NCBI RefSeq assembly: GCF_001194135.2
Contig: NC_068986.1
Location: 57,014,539-57,048,158, forward strand
From: Octopus bimaculoides
Taxonomy: Eukaryota
Length of the DNA stretch: 33,620 nt
Direction: 5' to 3'
Part shown: positions 1 through 9,820 of the stretch, piece after piece
Layout of the letters: every line of letters starts with the position of its first letter
Position numbering within the stretch: position 1 is the first letter of the stretch
Program-made: the position numbers and the translations under genes
The notes under the pieces: generated by a model
Databases searched by the model: none
What the model was told of the DNA's origin: nothing
Seen by the model: the letters and a program-made list of their open reading frames with translations, nothing else

Positions 1-190
1 TATATACATACATACATACTTACATAGATACATTATACATATATAGATACATATATACAGAAATATATATATATACATACATATATATATACAGATATAC
101 TTATACAAACACACATATATGTATTCACACACATGCACACACGCACACATACATATATATATAAACATGCATACAGACTCATACATATAT
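1..190. repeat. Compound (TA)n/(CA)n microsatellite
   Basis: Directly visible dinucleotide runs. Confidence 0.9.
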
Positions 191-1367
191 AAATTGCAAG
201 TAATATAACCCGAAGGTGAACTCAGTACCAGCTTGGAGAGTACTACCTAGTTTATAAATCATTGAACAGTTGGAGATTATAAGGCTTTTTGATTTTACTC
301 TCGCATGACTCATTGTTAACCTGGTACGAAATCATTTACTTCCCTTTTATATGTTGTGTCATAAAAACGAATGAATTTTAACTACTGTGCTTCGGTCGTC
401 TATTATTTGACTTTATTAAGATTGTTTTCATCAGCCGTTACATTTAAAAAGTTTCGGTGTTTGCAACTGAGGAAACGATATAGAGGTGGTTGATATATTA
501 TTATTTCAAAAAAAGAAAGAAAGGGAAATATTTACTCCTTCAACGAACTGTTTTAGGGGAAATACATAATCTAATTTAATAATTTATTGTATATATCATT
601 TATTTCATATACAACTATAAGATAGCTCTCGACTGAGTATTACATTGATTTTATAACCGATTAAGGAGCGAAATTTTGTTCGGATTTTGTTATATTTTAG
701 AAAATAAAAAAAATATTAATTCCACCTGTTTGTTGAAGGTTTGTTTTTGTGTTTCAAGTGGGAAAGTTTTCCTAATGTACAAAGTCTACCGAAAGCATTT
801 GATTGCGTATAAGTTGTTTATTCAGTTCACAATGCTATTTAATGTTATGAATTGTATTTTTATATCACAAGAACAGATATGTATTGTATTTCCCATGTTT
901 CATCTTCTGTGTAGTGTTATAAATATATAATTATATTATAAGAATCTAATCTTAAATGCATCAGCCATTGCTATGAAACCAATTCCGTTTTGATTAATGC
1001 TAGACGTGGCGATAGCCGGATATATAACTGTTTTCTAAGTAGTGCCTCTTTACTGGATATATGCTATGAAAAAGGAAGTTGTAGTCTTGCTTTTGTTGCT
1101 GCTGTTGGTACATGTTAATTACATCATGAATATTTTTCAAAATAGTATCGTTATTTACAGTTTTCCAACAGAACAAGCATTGTATTTCTGATCGCCAGAT
1201 TGACAAAATGTGTCTGTGCAACATGAGCAGAATAAATACACTAGTGTATTTTGTTCGATGAACCGATTTAGTGACAATTTTCTCCTAATACACAATTGTA
1301 TACATAAATACATATACATATCTATATGCATATACATCTCTCTCTCTCTCTCTCTCTTTCTCTCTGA

Positions 1368-1407
<40 letters not shown>

Positions 1408-1538
1408 GTAATACGCGAGTAAGCACATAAATGCAACATAATGTGTAAAAAATAGTACTCGAATACCGAAAGTAGAGTAATATGCTGTTTTCATTATTAA
1501 TACTGCAATAAAAAAACATTACAAAAACTGCTACTCAG

Positions 1539-1608
1539 AGTTTCACGTTCCCGTTCGTCGGGCAGTTGTGATTAAGAATTCTTGATCATAACTGCTCGAC
1601 GTGAAACT
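1539..1608 (+). other. Near-perfect palindrome/hairpin
   Basis: 1556-1601 folds into 23 consecutive pairs centred on GAATTC, with 3 G-U pairs as the only non-Watson-Crick positions. agtttcacg (1539-1547) also matches cgtgaaact (1600-1608). Confidence 0.8.
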
Positions 1609-2433
1609 ATGCGTAACAATTTTTGTGATGGTTTTGCAGCTTTAATAATAAAAAAGTATATGTATATATATATGACGTGAGGATATAGCTACATACAATT
1701 AGTACTCAGGATGATTTGCTGCCAACTTTAGCTGCAACTAAAATGGCAGGGATGTTATAGCTGTCTAATGAACATGGGCTATAGAGTTTGTTTCAATTGC
1801 AGGGTACGTGTATAATAGAATAAAAGGATAAACTGGCAAGCAATTGGTATCCTATGAGATTATGATATTTAAATATCTAAACATGAAGGTTTAGTTGTTA
1901 CAGGAATATAGTTCAGATTACGTCGATGAAAGACCAGCTGAAAAATGTTCATGATGTATGCTAGTTTCCTCCCGGAACAGATACAAGGCAAGTCCGAATA
2001 ACTACCCATCTAAAGCTGGATGAGAAGAAACGAGGAAGGAAGGAAAAAGATGCTACGATAGTCTCTTGCAACTGTATTAAGAATAAATGTGCAGAAGGCG
2101 CATTTCTCTGCAAACAATCGGCAGTCAACATTATAGTTGCGATTCAGTCAATCATGGGCGGAAGATTAAGACAGAATCTTAATAGGAAGTAATGATCTAC
2201 TAGTTGTGGAAGGTATATATTAAGGAACTTAAAAGAAAAGATGCAGAGAAAACAAGATCATAATAATTGGAACTGGTATCCGATGAGATACTGGTTAATG
2301 CCAGTATAAATAGGGAAGTCGGGTGCTAAGTGGGATGGCGTGGAGAAGTCCATGTACAGAATGGCAGCAGCATATGGTGTAAGTATATATACATACATAT
2401 ATATATATATCTATATATCTATATCTATATCTA

Positions 2434-2478
<45 letters not shown>

Positions 2479-2761
2479 ATATGTATGTATATAAAGGAAN
2501 NNNNNNNNNNNNNNNNNNNNNNNNNNNNNNNNNNNNNNNNNNNNNNNNNNNNNNNNNNNNNNNNNNNNNNNNNNNNNNNNNNNNNNNNNNNNNNNNNNNN
2601 NNNNNNNNNNNNNNNNNNNNNNNNNNNNNNNNNNNNNNNNNNNNNNNNNNNNNNNNNNNNNNNNNNNNNNNNNNNNNNNNNNNNNNNNNNNNNNNNNNNN
2701 NNNNNNNNNNNNNNNNNNNNNNNNNNNNNNNNNNNNNNNNNNNNNNNNNNNNNNNNNNNNN

Positions 2762-3200
2762 TATATAAAGGAATACGAAAAAGGGACAAGAAACAATATG
2801 GACGGGTCATTCCAAATTTTCTTTCCTCAGTCGAGTTCCAGATTATCTTTGCAATTTCGGTTGGTTTACTCGAGATTGCTCCAGTCTGGCGAGCCCCAAG
2901 GAAAAACTTAGCTAAGAGCACTAGATTCCTTGGAAGAAAGCAGCGAATGTATACGAAAGGACGACAAAAAGAACGGAGAAATGGTACACAAATACATATG
3001 CAAATAACAAGACATAACAACAGGTGTCTTTCGACTAAGGACGAATTAAATAAAGCTGGCGTGTGTGGAAGTGAAGCCTTACGACAGGGACATAAGAGAT
3101 GACAGCCATGGTGAGGAATATAGATATTGCACGGATGGTAGTCGAACCAAGAAAGAAATATCAGGCTTGGCCGAACACCGGTCACGTGGAGAGAGAGGAG
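2762..3200 (-). mobile_element. Non-coding interspersed repeat fragment, possibly a PLE terminal repeat (pLTR)
   Basis: Resembles, from recall only, a recurrent octopus repeat. The minus strand has CTGAGGA (2830-2824) followed by a degenerate stem and GGAA. No coding homology recognised. Confidence 0.3.
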
Positions 3201-3408
3201 AGAGGTAAAGGCAGAGGGACAGAAGAATTAGGGAGGGACGAGAAAAAAGGGAAAGAGTGAGGTGAAAGAGGAGGGAAGGTGAGAATAAAGAGAAAGCCAG
3301 GAAATGTGAGAGGGGAAGAACGAAAAAAGAAGAGTGGAAAGAACGAAATAAGTGTGAAGGAGTTGATAGAAAGAAAGAAAGAGTGAAAGAATAAGTGAGT
3401 CGTATAAA

Positions 3409-3442
<34 letters not shown>

Positions 3443-3447
<5 letters not shown>

Positions 3448-3912
3448 TAAAGCCAGAAAATTTTCTTTCTGGAACATGATCAAAAACAACCACAAGGCAG
3501 AAATTTATGAACGCTGTTTAAATTCGACACCAATAATTTTGCCTCATAAATTCCAAATTAAACGTATTCCAAACGAGCAGGACCGACAAAGACAATTAAG
3601 GGAGAAATTAACACTGGAAAAAATGAAGACAGAAATAGGACTCCTTAAGCTTAGAGCGCTAAGCAATGAACAAAAAATTAAAAACATAGATGAGGATATC
3701 TACAACGAACTAAAGAAACATTCAGATGGTCAACGCTTGGAAAGTGTTTTTAAACTGTGGAAAACAACTTGTGAAGCTCAAGAAACCAATTCCCTGCAAC
3801 GCTAGAAAAGACAAGCCAATTTCTTTATCAACTGTGAAACACAGTTCAACATAGAAAATGCATCGGATAACTCCTTCTTGAAGAAAAATAAACCAAAACA
3901 TACACAGAAATG
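3443..3912 (+). pseudogene. N-terminal helical/coiled-coil region of the PLE ORF (disrupted)
   Basis: Frame of ORF 3395-3805 (KARKFSFWNMIKNNHKAEIYERCL...EKMKTEIGLLKLRALSNEQKIKNIDEDI) continues past TAG 3803-3805 (KRQANFFINCE...). Collinear with, and compositionally like, the downstream RT. Confidence 0.6.
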
Positions 3913-4564
3913 AACCCACGCTTATCTAACACAAACCACAGACGATCTAGGGGACACAACTGCAGCGACCTAACCTCTCTTACACCCCAGAATAACTTAC
4001 AAACAACACTCAGGAATTCAGCCCACAATAGAAAATCTGGACGTAATCTTCATGGCACCCTACATACAAATCAAAGGTTCCATCGAAACCTCCAGACTAA
4101 CCTAAACTTTTGGGAACCAATACCTACCAATCCACCTCCATCATCTCACAATAAATGGAATAATTTACCTCTGAGACTTAACCCTCAACATGGTTACTTC
4201 AATCATTCACCAAGACACAACCTAACTAGACAACANNNNNNNNNNTACCTCTGAGACTTAACCCTCAACATGGTTACTTCAATCATTCACCAAGACACAA
4301 CCTAACTAGACAACATAACTTCTCCCTCCACCCACATTACAATATTAAAAATAAATTCAACCCAAACCACATCAACCATAGACAATATAACAACCCTCAG
4401 TACAACCATAATCTAGCCTGCTACACTTCACCACAAACATACTACCACAGACACACTTTATACCCACTTTCTCCTCAGCAAACCAAACACAATACAGACT
4501 TTCCATAACAATCCACCTACTACAACCATTTTTTAGACCTAAATCAGAGAAACAGAGATGTGAA

Positions 4565-5869
4565 ATGAAACAAAATGTACAAGAACAACCGAAAATAATC
4601 AACTTATCAAAGAAAATCCTTAGTATTACACAAACTAAAATTCTAGCAAGAGGGTTAAAGTTTACTCCAGCCCCTCGCAGATCGAACCCGAATGAAATTA
4701 AGGATAACACTATGAATTTCTGCCGAAAATTACGCCTCACAAAAGCACTTCACAACTACACCAGCGAAGATGGCTCAATAGTAAAAAGACAAAAGTGAAT
4801 ACTGTCCTACAAAAGGCAGAAATAAAGCACTTGATGCTTTTTGTGAACACATTACCAGTTTTCCTTTTAATACTCTACAAAAACAACGAATTAAATCCAA
4901 CCTTAATGTAAATGAATGGAAAGACCTAATTGAGTTAAAAAAAACGATATAAACCGTACCATTAAAGAAGCCGATAAAGGAAGTGCGGTAGTGGTGATGG
5001 ACACAGAGTACTACAAAAAGTTGATACTCTCTATGTTGGAAAATAATATTTACTATGAGAAGATAGTACAATACAACCCACAGAAGACACTTAAAAACTT
5101 ATCCCCTTTACTTCAAATACATGGAAAAGGCCTCACTAAACATGAAATTGACTATCCCATTTTAAATACAGACCTAGTCTATTCTACGGATTACCTAAAA
5201 TACACAAAAATCCACATATTTGTAAAGCTTGCAAAGTTTCTCCAAGCCTATGCTTTAATATCCCTCCCGCTACTGACCTCAAACTGAGACCCATCATTGC
5301 TGGCCCTGCTTGTGAAACCCAGCGTTTGAGCAACCAATTCGACATAACTCAAACCGTTTCTAAAATATGTGAAAAGCTACATCAGGGATGACTTAGACAT
5401 ACTTAACCACTTCCCGAAGACAATAAATGAAGGAACCCTGTTAGTATCATTCGATGTGGTGAATTTGTACACCTATATCCCACACGATTATGGGAAAGAA
5501 GCGATGACCTTCAGGCAAGATAAATACCCACAAGAGATCCCAGGATGTATCAACCACAGATTCATAATCGCAGCACTCAAATTCATCATACAGAACATCT
5601 ATTTCATGTTCAATACAGTTTACTATCGATAAAAATGTGGAATTGCAATGGGAACCCGAGCTGCTCCAGTGATTGCGAACCTTGTAATGGGTTACCTAGA
5701 GCTTAAAATATATCAATCATCACCACAAAAATATGGCACCTCTTTTGATTGCTATTTAAAGGATAACTGGAAGAGATATTTGGACGATTGCTTTATACTT
5801 TGGAAAGACAGCATGGACAAACTCCTCGATTTCAAAAACAATATTAATAGCAACATACAATTCACATGA
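4565..5869 (+). pseudogene. PLE reverse transcriptase (frameshifts and nonsense codons)
   Basis: RT motifs ADKG, FYGLPKIHK, LRPII, SFDV.NLYT, GIAMGT.AAP..ANL.M and RYLDD, split over several frames. Confidence 0.93.
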
Positions 5870-6819
5870 AACACAGCAGTAAACAACACCCTTTTCTTGA
5901 CATCATAATTAAGATAGTCAATAACCACATCGAAACAGACATCTTGTATAAACCCACAGATTCTATACAATACCTATTATTCAACTCATGCCACTCCAAA
6001 CACATAAAAATTAATATACCTTATAATCTAGCGAAAAGAATCTGTACCATAGTTTCGGACTCCTATACTCGTGAACGAAGATTCCTTGAACTCAGATCAA
6101 TAATAATCAAGAGACATTACCTAATATCACTAATAAATAATGGAATTAAACGAGCTAAGGAAATAGATATACGAACATTAAGGGAAGTCCACCGAAATAC
6201 TAAACCAGACTTTAAAATACTCCCATACATCTCCACACATAACCCTAGAAACAACGAAGCCTTTAACATTATCATCCAGAATCTACCCATCCTCAGAAGA
6301 GATAAAACAATGAACAAAATTTTAGGCTCACACAAAATTATCAAAAGTAAAATGCAACCTAAATCACTGAAAAAAATATTAACCAGCGCAAGACTGTTTC
6401 CATTAACAGAACCAAAATTGAAAAATTGTGGTCGACCTAACTGTGGTACTTGCCCCCACCTTTTGGAGGGTTCAGAGTTCCACTTCAAACAAGGTGAAAT
6501 ATTTAAGATTAAATCAAATTTCACTTGTGCCTTGGGAAATCTAATCTATGCCATTACATGCTTAGGGTGTGGCAATAACTATACTGGCAAAACATGAATA
6601 TCACTCCGTCGAAGACCCACTCTCCACAAGGAACAAATCCGCCACCCACAATACAGACAGATACAGGTCAGTGGACATATGGAAAGGTGGAATCTTAATC
6701 CTAATTTCCTAATTTTTCCCTTCTATCAATGTTCACAGAACACCTCAATACAATAAAGAATGAATAAAGAAGTAACTTTCATCAATAAATATCTCCCACA
6801 ACTAAATATGAACACATAA
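5866..6819 (+). pseudogene. PLE RT thumb + GIY-YIG endonuclease (two in-frame stops)
   Basis: ORF 5866-6597 continues in frame past TGA 6595-6597 and TAA 6754-6756: ISLRRRPTLHKEQIRHPQY..VSGH..FLIFPFYQ..EVTFINKYLPQLN, ending at TAA 6817-6819. CCHH-type residues are present. Confidence 0.9.
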
Positions 6820-7524
6820 CATAATGCAGAACACTACTAACCTTTCAATTAATACCACTAAACCCCATACATCCCATACACCATTCACATTACAGATCTA
6901 TATCTACCCTAATTGCACCAAATCCAGAACAAGTATTTTGAGCAGTATATTGTAGTTGGCTTGAGTCGAAAACTCTGATACCGTTATTGCTTCTAAGCAA
7001 AACACGAAATACGCAAATACACATATACACACTCACACACATATATATACACATATACATATATATAATTATGATAATGAAATTAGGGAAAAGATTCCAA
7101 ACTTACAGGGAAAAATTCAATTTAATTTATCAACATTAAATTAAATTTCACAATATATAATATATAAATATATAATTTAGAGAAAAAAACCCACACTTAT
7201 TTAATTAATCCATGAAAATCCACAATCACATATAGAAAAATATAATACGCAAATACACTAAAAAGATCTATAATGAAAATCAAAAAAGTACAAAGTAATA
7301 AATATTAAAATAGTAAAAATAACTATACGTGTTTCATAACCATATCTTCAAATAGAAAATAAAATAAAAATCAAACGATTCAAAATAAATCGATCGAAAA
7401 TCAATTCTATTCAAAAGTATAGCTAATCGTCAGTTCAAAATACAATAATAATAATAAAATCAATGTATATATATATATATATATCGACTAACAATAAATA
7501 TAAAATGAATTTATATAAACATAT

Positions 7525-7927
7525 AGGCGTAAGAGTGGCTGTGTGGTAAGTAGCTTGCTTACCAACCACATGGTCTCGGGTTCAGTCCCACTGCGTGGCA
7601 TCTTGGGCAAGTGTCTTCTACTATAGCCTCGGGCCGACCAATGCCTTGTGAGTGAATTTGGTAGACGGAAACTGAAAGAAGCCTGTCGTATATATGTATA
7701 TATATATGTATGTGTGTATGTGTTTGTATGTCTGTGTTTGTCCCCCCCAACATCGCTTGACAACCGATGCTGGTGTGTTTATGTCCCCGTAACTTAGCGG
7801 TTCGGCAAAAGAAAACGATAGAATAAGTACTAGGCTTCCAAAGAATAAGTCCTGGAGTCGATTTGCTCGACTAAAGGCGGTGCTCCAGCATGGCCACAGT
7901 CAAAAGACTGAAACAGGTAAAAGAGTA
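7525..7927 (+). mobile_element. tRNA-derived octopus SINE (OK/OR-like), near full length
   Basis: Head with A-box-like GTGGCTGTGTGG and B-box-like GGTTCAGTCCC, central body, internal microsatellite and AAAGAGT tail running into a gap. Family name is from recall. Confidence 0.85.
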
Positions 7928-8652
7928 NNNNNNNNNNNNNNNNNNNNNNNNNNNNNNNNNNNNNNNNNNNNNNNNNNNNNNNNNNNNNNNNNNNNNNNNN
8001 NNNNNNNNNNNNNNNNNNNNNNNNNNNNNNNNNNNNNNNNNNNNNNNAGAGTAAAAGAATACTTATTTAACCAATAAATAAAAGAAAAATATTTAACAAT
8101 ATTAGTGAAAATAAATGCAGTATTTATCTTATCGAAGTTTTAAGTTTAAACTAAAATTTTAAACGTTATACTTTTAACTTAGCGTTTAATAGAATTAAGT
8201 CACGTGAAATTATGGCGTGAAGAAAAGTAATGGAATAAAGAGATATATAAATATGTATTTAAGTTTTACTTAAAAAATCAAAATGTGTTTTAGCTGTAAT
8301 CATAATAAAAAATTAACTTTATTATAAACATTTACTGGAAAAATTTAAATTCTAAATAATTTTAAAGTCTAATAAATTAAAACTAAAATACGTAAATTAG
8401 ATAATATACACGAAGGAAGCTAAAATACCATAAATTAATATATTTACATTAAATAGATTAATTGAAATATTTAAATTATTTATTTATAAAAATCATAGTA
8501 TCATTTAATTGTTAATGTATAATATTCACTAAAATATTATCGTACTAATTAATACACATTTTATAAGTACAAATTATAACTACTACAATTAGTAAACATA
8601 AAATACACACACATATACATATACATATATATATATATATATATATACACAA

Positions 8653-9390
8653 TTAGCTAAACTTATTAGATAAACAATTTAATTTATGTCTACACTTAAT
8701 TTTACGTTCATCAAGGGAGTTAATCAAAGTATTATTATTATTATTTAATATCTCCTTATATTCATCAGTACACAATATACAAAAATTACTACCTATAGGA
8801 TAAGATTTCGCCTTACAAACTATTTCCCAATTTAAAATGTACTTAATATTTTTAGATTTTAGTTCCCAAATATATTTACTAAGGCCAGTAGAATTAATCA
8901 AATTTCTATTCTTAAAAGAATTCATGTGTTGAGCCACACGTAATTTAATTTCATTCGAAGTCGATCATATGTAAATCTCATTTAAATTATAACCATTATA
9001 TTTATTTCCATCAATTAAAGTCACTATACATTTACACACTACATCCTTCAAATCGCATTTATTAATAAATTTACATTTGGTCTTATCTCTACATGTGCAA
9101 TTAATTATATCCTGGTCCTTATTATTATTATTAGAATAAGTATTTAATTCATATTTGTAATGTAAAACTTATTTAACTTAAATCTATTAAAAGAAGAAAT
9201 AATGTTACCAACATTATTAGTAGTAGAATAACCAACTCCCAAATTATTACTAGAAAAAATAATATTATATTTTTTACCAACTCTGAGGAATATATCAATT
9301 ATATTTAAAATCTCTTTAATAATGTTAGTTTTAACTTGAACGCCGTAAGGAATAATTAGCCAAATTTTGTTCTTATCATTCATATTATTA
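8653..9390 (-). pseudogene. PLE linker + GIY-YIG endonuclease C-terminus, very AT-rich
   Basis: KIWLIIPYGVQVKTNIIKEILNIID...VGYSTTNNVGNIISSFN; CTCRDKTKC..KC..DVVCKCIV...IYI*STSNEIKLRVAQHMNSF (YIG glycine replaced by TGA at 8965-8967); TGLSKYIWELK..WEIVCKAKSY..CILC..E..LINSLDE...CRH. No RT catalytic region is present. Confidence 0.85.
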
Positions 9391-9462
9391 TATTTATTGG
9401 TAAAATAAGTATTTTTATATGAATTCATTTGATAGTTATTGTTAGTCGATATATTACATTGA

Positions 9463-9464
<2 letters not shown>

Positions 9465-9528
<64 letters not shown>
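9465..9528. repeat. (TAT)n microsatellite, expanded within the PLE inverted repeat
   Basis: Long TAT run; the matching position in the other arm (~7443-7456) has only a few AAT units. Confidence 0.95.
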
Positions 9529-9530
<2 letters not shown>

Positions 9531-9788
9531 TTTAACCTGACGATTTTTGTACTTTTTTGATTTTTATTATAGGTCTTTTTAGTGTATTTACTTATCAAAT
9601 TTTTCTATATGTGATTGTGGATTTTCATGGATGAATTAAATAATTGTGTTTTTTTTCTCTAAATTATATATTTATATATTGTATATTGTGAAATTTAATT
9701 TATTTATTTATTGTGGATTTTCATGGATGAATGAAATAATTATGGTTTNNNNNNNNNNTACTTACAGAGAAAATTGATTAAAACAACC

Positions 9789-9820
<32 letters not shown>

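Larger units (their letters stand above)
3443..7010 (+). mobile_element. Penelope-like retroelement, C-terminal GIY-YIG type (Neptune-like), decayed and near full length
   Basis: Ordered PLE motifs across frameshifts: INLS..LARGLKFTP (ORF 4565), ADKG (4970-4981), FYGLPKIHK (5182-5208), LRPII (~5284), SFDVVNLYT, GIAMG (5639-5653), YLDD (5777-5788), thumb (IPYNLAKRICTI), C-x4-C-x2-C linker and LIY..C..C...YTG endonuclease. Flanked by microsatellites. The clade name is inferred, and the 3' boundary is approximate. Confidence 0.92.
7066..9701 (-). mobile_element. Second PLE family: 5'-truncated copy (linker + GIY-YIG + long 3' region) with an inverted copy of its 3' end at the 5' junction
   Basis: Coding remnant 9390->8653. 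Segments 7138-7294, 7425-7519 and 8058-8080 are the reverse complement of 9701->9391. A SINE is nested at 7525-7927. Confidence 0.8.

Noticed and set aside
1161-1262. Possible + strand exon after ttatttacAG (FQQNKHCISDRQIDKM...)
   Set aside because: No recognisable homology and only a moderate acceptor.
1700-2340. Possible decayed LINE fragment, and a 16-bp near-repeat (1845-1860 vs 2274-2289)
   Set aside because: No convincing RT or endonuclease motif in any frame; a single 15/16 match is near chance expectation for a window this size.
2488-2773. tatataaaggaa repeated on both sides of the 2500-2761 gap
   Set aside because: Probably an assembly overlap rather than a target-site duplication.
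4166-4315. Exact 70-bp tandem duplication inside the PLE (4166-4235 and 4246-4315)
   Set aside because: The identical copies flank a 10-N gap; this is the typical signature of unmerged overlapping contig ends.
6595-6597. In-frame TGA in the PLE endonuclease as possible selenocysteine, as reported for some Naiad PLEs
   Set aside because: The same copy has TAG/TAA stops and frameshifts, no SECIS is evident, and the endonuclease is C-terminal (Naiads are N-terminal). Ordinary decay explains it.
6935-6985. Possible hammerhead in the 3' region of the first PLE
   Set aside because: No recognisable CUGANGA core or convincing stem II before gaaaac.
9612-9758. Local duplication of ttgtggattttcatggatgaat next to a gap
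   Set aside because: Adjacent to a 10-N gap and cannot be separated from an assembly artefact.
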